From Chrysomallon squamiferum (Eukaryota > Animalia > Mollusca), in contig CM022679.1 of assembly GCA_012295275.1 (NCBI GenBank), forward strand, positions 27,342,001 through 27,406,000: a DNA stretch of 64,000 nucleotides. Reading direction: 5' to 3'. The notes beneath the pieces were generated by a model, which worked only from the letters and a program-made list of their open reading frames with translations, searched no databases and was not told where the DNA came from. The translations under genes and the position numbers were made by a program. Positions 1-13,300 of this stretch are shown here, piece after piece (within the stretch, counting starts at the first letter, position 1; each line of letters opens with the position of its first letter).

Positions 1-265
1 ATGAGCCCACAAAATAAAATGAGGCATATATGACTAAAAATATGTCTATTTAATAGAAAATAAGATTATATAATACAGAATAAAGTTATAAACAGAGAAT
101 AGAACTCTAGTATAACAGAAAATAAACTATATAATTAAGACTAAGGTCTGATTAACAAAAAATAAGAACACATAACAACTGTGTTTTGTCAGCTTGGACT
201 GTACAGTAGTAAAGTGTAATCTCTTTAATTAATGTCTAAATCCTGCCCAGTTTAATCATACAGAC

Positions 266-1973
266 CTCTTTCTGTTTGTGGACATCTGATGTCTGTTGGG
301 ATTTGGATTTCAACACTTCACACTTTTTGTTAAGTTCAGTGATAGTGATGTCTTTCTGTTCTATCTCCCTTTGCAGTTTCTCAAGCTGTGGTGAATAAAC
401 AAGAAACATTTAAAATTTGTTTCAGTTTAAACAGTAGATAAAAAAAAAACAGCATGAGAGAGAGAGAGAGAGAGACTTAATAACTAGTTGAGAGAAATTT
501 CAGAGACATGACTATATATTTATATATTTATTATAGGTTTCAAGATGAAAGTAATTTCCTTATGAAGAAGAAACATAAAAATGAAGGAGGATACCCCTGA
601 ATGTTTTAAATATGCATATATGCATGCAGGAATACACAAGCACAAACACACACTCAGTAGGACACACACACACACAACACAGAAGCTTACACACTACCTT
701 GTTGTGAAGAACCACGACGTTACTGTGTTGTGACGTGTCTGAATCGACAGACTGTGATTCTAACAATGTTCGTAACTGATGATTTGATTTGCTGAGCTGT
801 TTGTTACGTTCTTCTAGATATTTTATCATCTGTTTCATCTTAAGTGTATTCTAAATAAACAATAAATAAAATAATAACAACAACAACTGCAAGGGCAACA
901 ACACCATCAATATCAATAATAATAATAATAATAATATAACGTAATGTAATGTAATGTAATATAATATAATATAATATAATATAATATAATATAATATAAT
1001 ATAATATAATATAATATAATATAATATAATATAATATAATAACACAATACAACATAATATAATATAATAACACAATACAACATAATATAATATAATATAA
1101 TAACACAATAAAACATAATATATAATAAATATATAATAAATATAACAAAAATAGAAACCAAAATAAACATCATTTGCAAATTGTATTCAAATCATAATAA
1201 ATTCATTAAACCATAGTCAAGCAAACGCTTTAAGAAATTCTATCAAAAATAACAAGAGGACTGTTTCAAATGATGACCGATTCAAAACTCACCAGAACAA
1301 CTTTAGGGTCTTCTTCATTTTTGTTCAAAAGTTCTTGAATAAGTCGTTTGGACTTTGCTAATTCGTTCACAACCGCGTCAAAGTACTGTTGAGAAACACC
1401 TGACGAATTGGAGAAAGTGCTAGAATGAGAATCATTTTTCTCAACATTTTCTTCAGGAAGTGACACTGATTTGCTGTCAACAATGTCTGGCCTTTCTGGG
1501 ATAGCCATTGATGATGGAAAGAAGATCTGACTTTTAGATGACCTTTCCTGACCGATGAGCCGAAGTATGTTACCTTGGTTACAAGTGTTTCTGTTTTCAT
1601 TAACAGAGTCTACTAGTTGTTTAATTATAACCTGCACTGCTGTCTCTCTGCCGTTTGGTAGGTTTTCATGAAAACGGCTCGGTAGACTAGAAAAACTGTC
1701 ATGGATGTTATCCTGATTCCGATGAAGAATAACTTCACTTATTTGTTTTCCTGTTCTAAGGATGGCTGCTTCGAATTTTTTATTTTGCTTCTGCAATCGT
1801 TTGTTTTCATTTTCCACTTCCATCAAGTAGTTATACAAATGATTGGATGCTAGAATTTGCCTCATAATAACAGCAAACTTTTTTTGAGGTATTTTCACAA
1901 AAACTTCACTGTCTTCTTTTGGAATACTATCAAAAGCAACTGGGCTGAAAGTTTTAGGAATGTTGTCAGCCAT
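266..1973 (-). CDS. Unidentified coiled-coil protein, 5' part; gene probably continues beyond the left edge
   Basis: In-frame GT-AG coding exons 1973-1293 (MADNIPK...KVVL, acceptor exon starts 2003), 850-698 (NTLKMKQMIKYLEERNKQL...HNK) and 385-266 (LEKLQREIEQKDITITELNKKCEVLK...). All junctions are phase 0 and the segments are heptad-like. Candidate non-coding upstream exons end at donors 2715 and 2920. Confidence 0.75.
940..1140. repeat. (ATAAT)n pentanucleotide microsatellite in an intron
   Basis: Direct inspection. It explains the ILYY-repeat pseudo-ORFs at 840-1179. Confidence 0.95.
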
Positions 1974-2103
1974 GTTGGTTTGGTAAAAAAATATATTTCT
2001 AGGCTGAAAACAAAAGAAAAAAATAGGTATTAAGTCAAATAAACAAAATAGTTCTGCATCATAGGATACATAATTATAACTAAATTTATTTTATTATTTA
2101 ATA

Positions 2104-2573
2104 TTAAAGGTCATGTACAGACATGGAATAATAAAATAGGATATATGCAGCATTTTGGAGATTAATGGCTAAAGCAAATACTCATATTTCTTGATGCCCA
2201 TCTCCAATCAGAGTTTGACTGCAAAGGAATGTGCTTACCTGCATATTGGTAATCACAGAAAATATAAATCAATATTTGCCTCTATTGTCTGGTTGTTGTT
2301 CTTGTTTTTATTCCTTAAATTTCTATTTCAACATGATTTTAAAATAATATTGTGTTTTAATAATACACCAAAATATATATTTTTATATATATATTTAGAT
2401 AGAGAGAGAGAGATGACAGTATTACTTGAAAAAAATAAATAATAATAAACCTCATATAGCATGTATACTGCTGGTCTGTTGTTGATACTGCCAATCACAA
2501 CTTCAGTACTAATTACGATTTATTTTGTACTTTGAGTTTGACAAAAATAAATTCCTGTCTGTAAATGGACTTT
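2104..2573. mobile_element. Putative MITE with imperfect ~22-bp terminal inverted repeats, TTAA at the left end (Kolobok/piggyBac-like)
   Basis: Left end ttaaAGGTCATGTACAGACATGGAAT. Right end reverse-complements to AAAGTCCATTTACAGACAGGAAT. The right target site is degenerate. Confidence 0.45.
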
Positions 2574-3442
2574 GTGAAAATATACTTCTAGAAGGAATTA
2601 AAAATAATAGGCCTACGGCAGTAAAGAAGGAAAAAAAGAAAAGAAAAAGAAAGAAACAAAGAGAGAAAATATATTATATATCTCGGTGAAACCATAAACA
2701 CAAGAAAACCTTACGTATTTCACTTTGTATGATCTTCGTTGTTAATTTATTATGCTCCAAACTGTGGATGTTTTTCCATGTATCCCGGTACCATACTCCA
2801 TAGCGGCGATAGCCAATTTTGTCGTGTTGAAGTACTCACAAATATTTGCTGTGTATTTAAACTGTTTGTATTACATGATAAATATCTGTATATACGCAAA
2901 TAAAACATGTAAAACTCACCTGATTTCTTAGAATTACTCAGAATAATCGCGTGACTATTTTCAAAATGTTAATTTTCCGTTTCACTTTCTCTGACACCCT
3001 GCTAATTTCACTTCCATAATTCAAAATAAATTAATAAAAATATTTATTTTTCTAGAATTTTATGGAATAATCACTCAAGAAATGAGGATGTAATAATAAA
3101 TTATCAAGTGCATTAAAACAAAATGCACAAAAAAGGAAAATTTTAAGATCAGTTCTATTCTTAGAAAAATGGGAAAGTACATCCCACTTCCGGACATGTT
3201 CGGCTTGTTACGGAACAATTCGGACCTTTTCCGAGTAAGACATTACTACGAAATATAATTATGGAAGGATGAAGTAGGAAAACTTTTAAGTTATTAAGAT
3301 ATAATTAATATATTTATTAATGAAAAAATAAAATAAAATTATAATACATAAATCATGACCAAACGCCAGAATTCGATACAAATTTATCCTAATTATTATG
3401 GCAAATAATGACTGCAGACAAGAGGTATTATTTTAAATTAAA

Positions 3443-3501
<59 letters not shown>

Positions 3502-4155
3502 AATACAATACAATACAATAATAAAATAAAATAAAGAAAAAAAGATATACATAAAGATATTATTTATTTATTTATTTTCTTAACTAAAATAAGAAAAGTA
3601 TAGCCTGAACGACACAGATTAGATCCTATGTATGAATAATGTTTCATTGTGCATTATGAAGCAAAATTTGGCATAAAGTTATGGTGAAAGAAATGTATTT
3701 GTTCAGGAGAATGAGAGCAACTAAGGGATGGTAATTTGGATGAGCAATGTATCGAATTTCGGTTTCCTGTTTCACAAATGGTATGCAATAATTAAAACAT
3801 CAGATGTACTTCGATATGCATTGCTATATTTTATTTTGAAATTCTACTGATTCGTGTAAGTATATAATATTAATATTATATTTATTTATTTATTTATTTA
3901 TTTTTTATCATAATTATTGTTGTTGTCAATGCAGTAATCGAAATTCATATTTAAATTACCTTATATCAAATACGTACATATACGTACTTTGTTTTGAACA
4001 AAGAAATAAATAAGCTCTGCGTTCAAAGTCACAAAAATTAATTCGAAAATACGTTTCAGATGCCTTGCAAAATGTAGTATATGATATTTCAAATCAGTAT
4101 CATGCGATAAAATAATTTGTATATACTGCTTTCCTTATAAATATATTCATTGCCA

Positions 4156-4237
4156 GTATGTATGTATGTATTTTAACGAGCCATGATTTTAATGAGTAAT
4201 ATATATATATTACTCATTAAAATCACGGCTCGTTAAA

Positions 4238-4270
<33 letters not shown>

Positions 4271-4290
4271 TATATTACTCATTAAATACA

Positions 4291-4326
<36 letters not shown>

Positions 4327-4432
4327 TATTACTCATTAAATACATACATACATACATATATACATACATACATATATATATATTACTCATTAAAATCATG
4401 GCTCGTTAAAATACATACATACATACATACGT
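4156..4432. repeat. Near-perfect ~45-bp palindrome with an (AT)n centre, followed by tandem re-duplications of its right arm
   Basis: GTATTTTAACGAGCCATGATTTTAATGAGTA / (AT)n / TACTCATTAAAATCACGGCTCGTTAAAATAC. TATTACTCATTAAA recurs at about 4273, 4327 and 4381. Confidence 0.85.
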
Positions 4433-4770
4433 GCATACATATACAGTGGTCTCGTCAGCATTTGTAAAAGGGGTGGCGGGAATCGGCAGAACTGGGGCAA
4501 GTTAAACAAAGGGATGGTACAGAAAAGGTTCAGGGCACAAGTACTTTGAACAATATTCAAATTACTTGTTTGTCAAATATACTTCTTTAAATAAGTGCAT
4601 CAAATGCATTAACTATTAACAAGTTTATTTTAGTTGCAATTAAATAAAATCAAAGCATCTGTTCCCGGCGAGTTTTGTCTGGTTGTTCTGTGAATTGTAT
4701 TCTTTACATGCATATATGTATACAAAATAATATACATATTGTTTTGTAACCTTCTGTATATATTAGATTT

Positions 4771-4803
<33 letters not shown>

Positions 4804-5594
4804 TGAGAGAGAGATCGTTTATATCGCTCTGAAAGTAAAAAATCGCCACGCACTATGATAATGAATATTTATGAGAATGTGAAGTTCAGTTGGCGATGTG
4901 CTGTTAATAATGGTTATTTTAATACTGTGCGGATCGAGCGCATATCTTTTTTCGAAGGACGAAGATAATGTTTTTAAAAGTTATTTATGTATCTAGGATA
5001 ACATTATTATACAGCTGCATGTTAAAAATGTTTAGCGATCATTGAAATTCATGCGCAATAATATAGTCGCGCAGCGCCTGCTACAGCAGCCTTGATTACA
5101 CAAGCATTGCGTATATTGTACAGAAAAACATTCTTAATTACAGACACAAAGAAACCCATTTTTATAAATATAAAACATTTATAGGTATACGACTCGGAGG
5201 ACTAGGAAGCAGCTGCAGGCAACGTCCAAAGGATTGCTGGCGCCTAGGCAAGCTCAACTTAGGCGCAGTCCTGCAACTTCTGGTTGTGAAAATTTCCTTA
5301 GTCAATTGTTTTTCGTAGTTTGATCAGTGTCGTCCCATTTGGTCAAATTCCCAATTGGTGATTTATGTGCAGAGTAACACAACTCCATGTCCCACCTAAT
5401 TAAAAATAGGCTTAAGATAAAGAAGACAAGCCTGTCATTTAGAAACAAAAAAATAAAGAAGCAATTTTTGATGCAAGAAGCGAAAATTTGACTCACAGGT
5501 TTGTGAAGTCCTCATTTATATTATATAGATTTGACCTCAGAGTGCTCATGTCATAGCCAGTGAAGCAATGTTTTCCTTTAAAGGTTTTGATATA

Positions 5595-6182
5595 CAGTGG
5601 TACCTCGAGTTACGAGTGCTCCAACTTACGAACTGTCGCCCGATCGATAATTTTGCTTTGAATTACGAGCGAGCTTCAGAGATGCCGCCGCTAGTTGGCG
5701 CAACGAACAACACAACATCCGCCCAGCATCCCGCGTCTTACTCGTTTGCTTTACGTGGTTACCTCAACGTGGATGCATCTCTGTTGTGTTGTGATCGCGT
5801 TTTATGCAGTATTTTGGCAAATTTCCATGGATCCTAAGAAAGTGAGTGCGAAGGACAGTGCTAAGAAGAAGAAGCAGATGATGTTTATTGAATTAAAGCA
5901 TGAAATCATAGAAAAACATGAGCGAGGTGTGAGTGCAGTCAACATGGCTAGGCAGTACGAGCATAGTACTTTTACGATATGTACCATGCTGAAGCTGAAG
6001 GATTCGATAAAGGCTATAACTCCAGCCAAAGGCGTTAACATAATTTCTAAGCTGCGAACCTCTGTCCATGAAAAGATGATGAAACCCTAACCCCGCACAC
6101 TTTACAAAACCAATTTATTTCTTTACATCATCTTTTATTTTTTAATTTTTATTTTATACAATGTTTGTCAATCAAACATCCC

Positions 6183-6213
<31 letters not shown>

Positions 6214-6360
6214 GACAATATTTTAAAAAGTTGGGATGGTTTTGAGGGGCTGGAACGGATTAATGGCATTTCAGTTAATTTCATTTGGTAAAGCTGATTT
6301 GAAATACCAGCAAATTCAGTTACGAGCTCGGTCATGGAACGAATTAAACTCGTACCACTG
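5595..6360 (+). mobile_element. Internally deleted Tigger/pogo (Tc1-mariner superfamily) DNA transposon
   Basis: TA-flanked ends ta|CAGTGGTACCTCGAGTTACGAG ... CTCGTACCACTG|ta. Truncated ORF 5827-6090 (MDPKKVSAKDSAKKKKQMMFIELKHEIIEKHERGV...ARQYEHSTFTICTMLK) is the CENP-B-type N-terminal HTH of Tigger transposases. No DDE domain. Confidence 0.9.
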
Positions 6361-7229
6361 TATTTTGGTCTTTATTTTTAAACCTTCACAGAGTGAATCA
6401 TAATAATATTATTATTATTAATAAATATATTTGTTCTATTCCCTCCTCCCGAAAGAACAAGTCTCTCTAAATGACGGAACATTCGGAACTCTTTCCACGA
6501 AAATTCTGAAAATATTTCCTGTCACAGGACTTACGTCGACGATGACAATAAAAAATATTTTGATGACATTTCACTTAAGTTAATGTGACTTATTCGAGAA
6601 ATGACAATTAAAGGATAGGTTCTAAAACAGATACTGGAAGATCGATTAAGAAATTAAACTGTTAACAGATTCGATTTCGCATGACATAAAATTAGCATTA
6701 CGCAATCCGAAAAGTCAGCAGTTATAAGATATTAAAGTCTAGCACTTTCACATCGATGCTGAAGACTAAAGGGAAACCACTCCAGACAAAACTTTACATT
6801 TCCGGGAAGAAATAGTTTATATAACGTTTTTAAAACAGTGTGTTGTCTGAAACAAACATGGATATGCGTACTTTGTATAGGGTTATTAATATTCATAAAA
6901 AATGACAGACAGTCAGTTACATTTTCATGGCATTTTCACGACGATGCAGCGAAGACTAAAACGGATATGAACCATTTATATACACACGAACGCAATAAAA
7001 ATAGCCACAGTGTTGTATGCAATTCAACTAATTGTAAGTTGGTACACAAGACATTTCAGTGCGGATTGAGAAAGAATGTGTAACAATTTATTTACAGGTC
7101 TGTGATTTTTATAACATTAATACAATCTTGATTATCACTGGCAGGAGAATAATTTTAGGTTTGTATTTTAAATGGCTAACGTTTCTGATAATTAGGAAAT
7201 AATCTACGGTACAGTTAGTGTCTCTGGGT

Positions 7230-7325
7230 GGATTTATCAAAGGCTGTAGTATACACTGTTCTGACAACATCGTGGCATACATAAAAGATCCCTTGCTGCT
7301 GATCAATAATAGCAACCCACGAAGT
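7230..7325 (-). repeat. Fragment of a dispersed repeat; related pieces at ~43545-43760 and ~55630-55700 on +
   Basis: Shared motifs AGCAAG(G/T)GATCTTTT (7283-7300 rc; 55634-55650) and GCCTTTGATA (about 7235 rc; 43744). Confidence 0.4.
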
Positions 7326-7621
7326 GATTGCATCATATTATATTTTGTTATTATTATTATTTTTTTTTTATTATTCTCTCTCTCTCAACACAATATACTA
7401 TAACATTTATTGTAACCATTAATAATAATGAAATATGTTAATGAACTGTTAAAAGTCAGGACTTGTAGTTATTGATATTAAATGAAAATGAATGTTGTTC
7501 TGTATAATTTAAATAATAACTGACAGGCTGTGTTAGAAATTTTATTTATTTTTCTATTTATTTATTTATTTATTTGTTTATTTATTTATTTATTTGTTTG
7601 TTTATTTATCGCAGTGTGATC

Positions 7622-9273
7622 ATGGCAGCCATTTACTGTTGGGGCAATGATCAAGATGGTCAACTTGGAATACGTGGACTGGATGACACTGTTGTTTCTA
7701 AACCGAGACAGTTGCTAGTAGATGATGGTAAGAAAGTGCTGAATGTTGCTTGTGGTGAAAAGCACACATTGGTTGCTATGGAGGATGGCAAGATGTACTC
7801 ATGCGGTAACAATGACTATGGGCAGCTGGGACACAACAAACCTTCAAGAAGGCTAGGCATGTATTGTATTGTTTTTTCAGTCTGTGTGAGTCAGGTTGGG
7901 ATGTGTGTATATGTGTATTTCTTTTAGTCTGTGTGTGTGTGTGTGTGTGTGGTTGGGGTTGAGTAGGTGTGTCAGTATGCATATGTGCATGTATATATGT
8001 GTGAGGGGTGTGTCAGTAATCAAGTATATGTATGTATGTATGTATGGCTGTCAGTACATATGAGAGTTTTTCTTTATTCAGCATATGTATGTCTATATGT
8101 GTATGTCTGTATGTATACATTTGTATATGTGTATCAAAGTGTTTTTATGTATTTGTACATATGTATGTGTGTGTGTGTATATATGTACATGTCTTTCTAT
8201 GTGTGGATGCACACAAATGAGCAGATGCATGTGTGTACATGTGTGCAAACACATGCATGCATATATGTGCGTGTGAGAATAATAAACACAGTATTATCAT
8301 GATGGTAAAATTCATTAACTGTTTCATCTACTTTTCACCTGAAACTGAAAACCGAATTGTTTGCTAACTTTCAGAGGTTTTAGACAGCCTCAAAGCACAG
8401 CATGTTAAAAAAGTGTCTGCTGGGAACTCTCACAGTCTGGCTCTCACTACAGCACACGAAGTGTTCAGCTGGGGAGATAACTCTAGTGGACAGCTTGGCA
8501 GGGGAGAGCTTGAGGAGGAAACCAAAAGAATTCCAAAGTAAGGGGAAATAAATACTCTCTTTTTGGTTTTTATGAACTTCATTTTGATATCATGAATATT
8601 TTGTTTATTTATTTATTTATATATTTTATAAAATAATATCTCAATAAAACAAGTTTGTTATTATATTTCAATTTATTATTGGTAAAGATTGGCTGTCATA
8701 TATAATAAATAGTCACTTTGGACAAATTTTATTTCAACTGTTTGTTATACTGTCAAAGATACACTTCAAACAAAAAAACAACAATAAAAGCCATTGTTTT
8801 TAATTAGACATATTATTTTATTATTTGATTGATTGCCAGAAATGTATTAAGCAGTCATTTGCCATGCAAGGTAAACTTTACAAAAATTTAGAATTAATAT
8901 ATACATTTTTTTCTTTTTATTAGGCTTGTAAAAAGTCTAGCTATTCATTCTGTGCTTCAGGTGTGTTGTGGAAGTAATCACTGTGCTGTTCTTACCTGTG
9001 GTATGTTTTACCTTTAATGACATATTCACTTATCACACCTTACAATCAAACCAGTCATGTATAACGAAGTCATTTTTAACAAACATTTCTTTCTATTTTT
9101 TGACATATATAATTTAATTTGTTTCTTTTGGAATATTCTGTTTATAGTAATTTATAAATTGTTATAGAAAATAATTTTGTTTGATGGTGAATAATATTTT
9201 GTAAAAATGTAAGTCTAATGTTTTTAATAATATATACATCTATTAATAATATATAATGTCTGTTTCAGTGTAT

Positions 9274-9337
<64 letters not shown>

Positions 9338-10284
9338 CCCCCCTAAAATGAATATAGTGTGTGAGTTTGTTTATTCAGATATTTTTTTTCTCCCAATGCA
9401 TATTAAATTATATATATATTTTTTTATTATTATTATTTTTTTTCACAGAGGGTTTGGTGTCTACCTGGGGAGATAACAGCTACGGTCAGCTAGGACTTGG
9501 TGGGTTTCATGGTTCAAAGGACAAGCCAGAGTTCATAAACTGTCTGAAGGGAATCCCCATTATGCAGATTGCAGTTGGGGGGAACCACACTGTTGTTCTT
9601 TCAGTATCAGGGGCTGTCTATGGATGGGGTAGGAACAGGTAAATGTTACTTCACTATAACTGTGCAGGGTAACGATGGTGAAAATGATCGAAAATTTGTT
9701 TTAAAAATTAAGATATGTTGATAAAATATAATCTGTTCAGGTAAACACATTTTTAATATTTGTCCTGTTTTTATATTTGTCCTGTTTTGTTTGTAGAAGT
9801 GCTTATGAAAATAAATGCATGATAGTCTTCTTTAATCATTCTAATTGTTTATCATTTATGATTTATAGTGTTTCCATTAATCATTAATAACTGTCATACA
9901 TAACTCATAGACAGGGAATTTTTTTTATGCAGATGACACATGATATTTTTCTATGGATAGACACATGTGACTTATCACTGGAATATTGTATTCATTAATT
10001 TAGTGTTAAACGATTCACCTTCTTAACAAAATACAAATGCTGTGATATTTTACAGCTGAAAATCCACTGTAAAAAGTTTTGTTTCAGATGGCTCCTAATG
10101 TTTAGACAATGTGGGGAAAGCCTGTGTATGTAGCAGTTGACTTTTATTTTGTAATCTTATTTCAGTTTTGGCCAGCTAGGAGTAAATGAATGAGAGAGAG
10201 GTAAAGTGCAGCTTACTTGTTTCAAAAAGAAGACATAATATTTTTTTTATTTCACTGATTATGAATCCTTTTGTTTTTCCTTTA

Positions 10285-10374
<90 letters not shown>

Positions 10375-13300
10375 CACTTACTTATTCCTTCTTTTTTTCC
10401 AAACAAAATTTTAAAATATTTAATTAATCCTCTTTCTCTCTCAGTATGTCAATAAAACATTTTTTTAATTTTATTATTTTTATTTCAGACCGTCCTGTCC
10501 CTACTTTGTGTCGATCTCTAAGACAGATGAAAATTAAACACATAGCCTGCGGAGAAGACCACACCACTGCCCTGACACAGGTAAAAATATCTGACCTGAA
10601 GTTGATTACAGGTAAAAAAAAAACATAAACAAAATAAGTGAAAAAAAACAAAACTATCCATCATAATAACAGTGTTGTATTTCACCTTAACATAATTACA
10701 GATTAAGTAGAAAAAAATATTTTGTAGGATTATCAGTCTACCTAATGTAGGTGATTTTCCACCTGAATTTAATTACAGGGAAATGTTAAAAATGTATGGA
10801 GGACATTACTGATCTGCACAGTAATAAATATACCACCTTAGTTTAATTACAGGTAGATATTAAAAAATGTATGAAGGATGACATTATTGACCTAACACAG
10901 GCAATATATCATCTAAGTTTAATTACAGGTAAGTAATAAAATGTCCAGCAGATGGTGTTATTAACTTCACATGTAATAAATATGTCACCTGAGTTTAATT
11001 ATAGGTAAATATTAAATATATGTAGTGGACATTACTGACCATGCAGGTAATATCTCACCTGAGTTTAATTACAGGTAAATATTTAAAATGTGAATGAGAC
11101 CAACATTGTCTTGTTCAGCATTGAGCTTTTCTGTTCTGTGCTTACAAGCTTTGTAATTGCTCTGTGTATTTGTTTATTTTAATGTACATTTTTTTCTTAT
11201 TTGAATATTTATTTTCTTAATTTATTTTTTTAATAATATTTAAAAAAAAAAAGGTAATAATAAAAATAAATAAAAAATACGTAAAGAAATGAGGTTGTCT
11301 CATTAAGTGATGTTTGGTTTTAAATTTAAAGATTACTAATTATTTATTAACAACTTGTTTTTAAATAATTATTCTAGTGAGTGAATAATGAATTAATTAA
11401 TGGATGGATGGATGGATGAATGAATGGATCTTTGAATGGATGGATCAGTGAATGGATGAATTTACAGATGAATGTAAGAACAGTATCATTTAGAGAAATA
11501 TTTTTTTGTTGATTCAGGATGGTGGTGTGTTTACGTATGGGGCTGGAAGTTACGGTCAGCTTGGACACGTGACTCACAACAATGAAATGTTGCCCAAGCG
11601 AGTGATGGAACTGATGGGGAGTGAGGTGTCGCAGACAGCCTGTGGCAGGTCAGTACAGTGTGGGGGGATGAGAGTGGGAGTAAGGGTGGGGTCAAGAGAA
11701 ATAAAAGAGTACAGAAGTACCCATGGTTACAGTGTAATTGTAATGACGATGTTTTTCCTGTTCTAGCTTGTAGTCTTATGATAACAGTGATGATTTCTAA
11801 AAATTAAACTTATTGATGTTTTTCCCAGTCTATCCAGTTAATCAACTCATAGGACAGAACTGTTTTTCTTTTCTATACACCCAGTTATTATCTGTTAATA
11901 TTTTTCCCAGTGTAGCTAAGTATCATCTTGTAGTTCAAATATCTTTTTTCACTTTAATTTTTTTCCCAGTCTAGCAAGTTATCCTCTTGTAGATCAAGGG
12001 TATTTTTTTATTATTTTTTTTTCTCTCTAGCTAATTATTCTAATTTTTTTTTAATCTTTTAATTTTTTAATGTGGCAAGTTATTATCTGATAGTAAAAGA
12101 TGTTGTTTTTTTCCCCAGTGTCATGAACTGCTTCTTCAATAGTTTTAACATCTCAACATTACCACACAAGAAAGCAGATTTAATACTATTTAACATTAAA
12201 CATACACAAAAAAAAAAAAAAAAAATAAATAAATGATAAAAAAAAAAATTAAAAATAAAAATAATAATAAAAAATGTTTTTATCTTTTTTTTTCAAAAAC
12301 AGACGACACACACTGGCCTACGTTCCATCGTCTGGCCGTCTGTATGCTTTTGGTCTTGGTGGGAGTGGTCAGCTTGGAAACAACAGCACCCAGAACAGCT
12401 GGAGCCCCAGCCTGGTGGACGGCCCCTTTGTGCCTGTGCCAGGCAAGGGGTGCTCCTACATGCATGTGGAGGACAGTGAACAGTGGTGTGTGATCATTCA
12501 GAAAATCTTCGCAGGAGGAGATCACTGCTTTGTCGTTGCCATAGATGCAAAAGTAAGTCTTTGTTTTGTTGTCAGATTAAGACTGCAAAGTTAGCTAGTT
12601 AAAAATAATCTTGTTTTTAATTTTTTTTTTTTCCTCACTCAGAAGTAATGCTACAGTAAAAGTTATTTCCCAGCAGTGTGTTAGACTTAAAGTAGAAATT
12701 TTGTTACTTAGCAATTTGTACCTTTAAATACAAGTTCTAACTGCTTCACACAGAAGCAGTGATAAAGCCAAGGCATTTAGACTGATAGATCCTTGGATCA
12801 GATCCTGGTTTCTACATAGTTAGTTGTTGAGGTCTGAAGTCACAGCTCCCTGTCTTTTCTCTAACCAGGTCGCTAACATACTAACTCTAGCACTGAATCT
12901 AGTAAACAGTACACAATCTTTGACTGTGCTTCCAAGATCTGCATGTTAAATACTCTGAGAGCATTCTTTAAATCACTGTTTGTTTAAAGATCAAGAATTT
13001 ACACTACTCAAGTAAAATTGTTGGTTCTTTTTCTTTAGTTTGTTTACCAGATATAAAAGAAAACGTCAAATATTCACCACGAATCTATAACATATTAAAT
13101 AAAATGTTAACTCTCTCTCTCTCTGTGTGTTGACAGATTGGTGGGGATGTTGATGACTATCGAATCAAGGATGAAGACTCTCAGATCCTCACACTGACCC
13201 CTGCCAGAGTTGAACTCGTCTCAAAACTGCGAGCAGATGAACTTCCTCCTATAGAACTAGACGAGTATGTTGTACAGACTTTCTTTCTTGCAATTTTCTT

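Noticed and set aside
840-1179. Overlapping ILYY-repeat ORFs that look like membrane proteins
   Set aside because: Translations of an (ATAAT)n microsatellite inside an intron.
12770-12950. Possible tRNA-derived SINE remnant, also at about 27290-27400
   Set aside because: Too degenerate to identify A/B boxes or a cloverleaf by eye.
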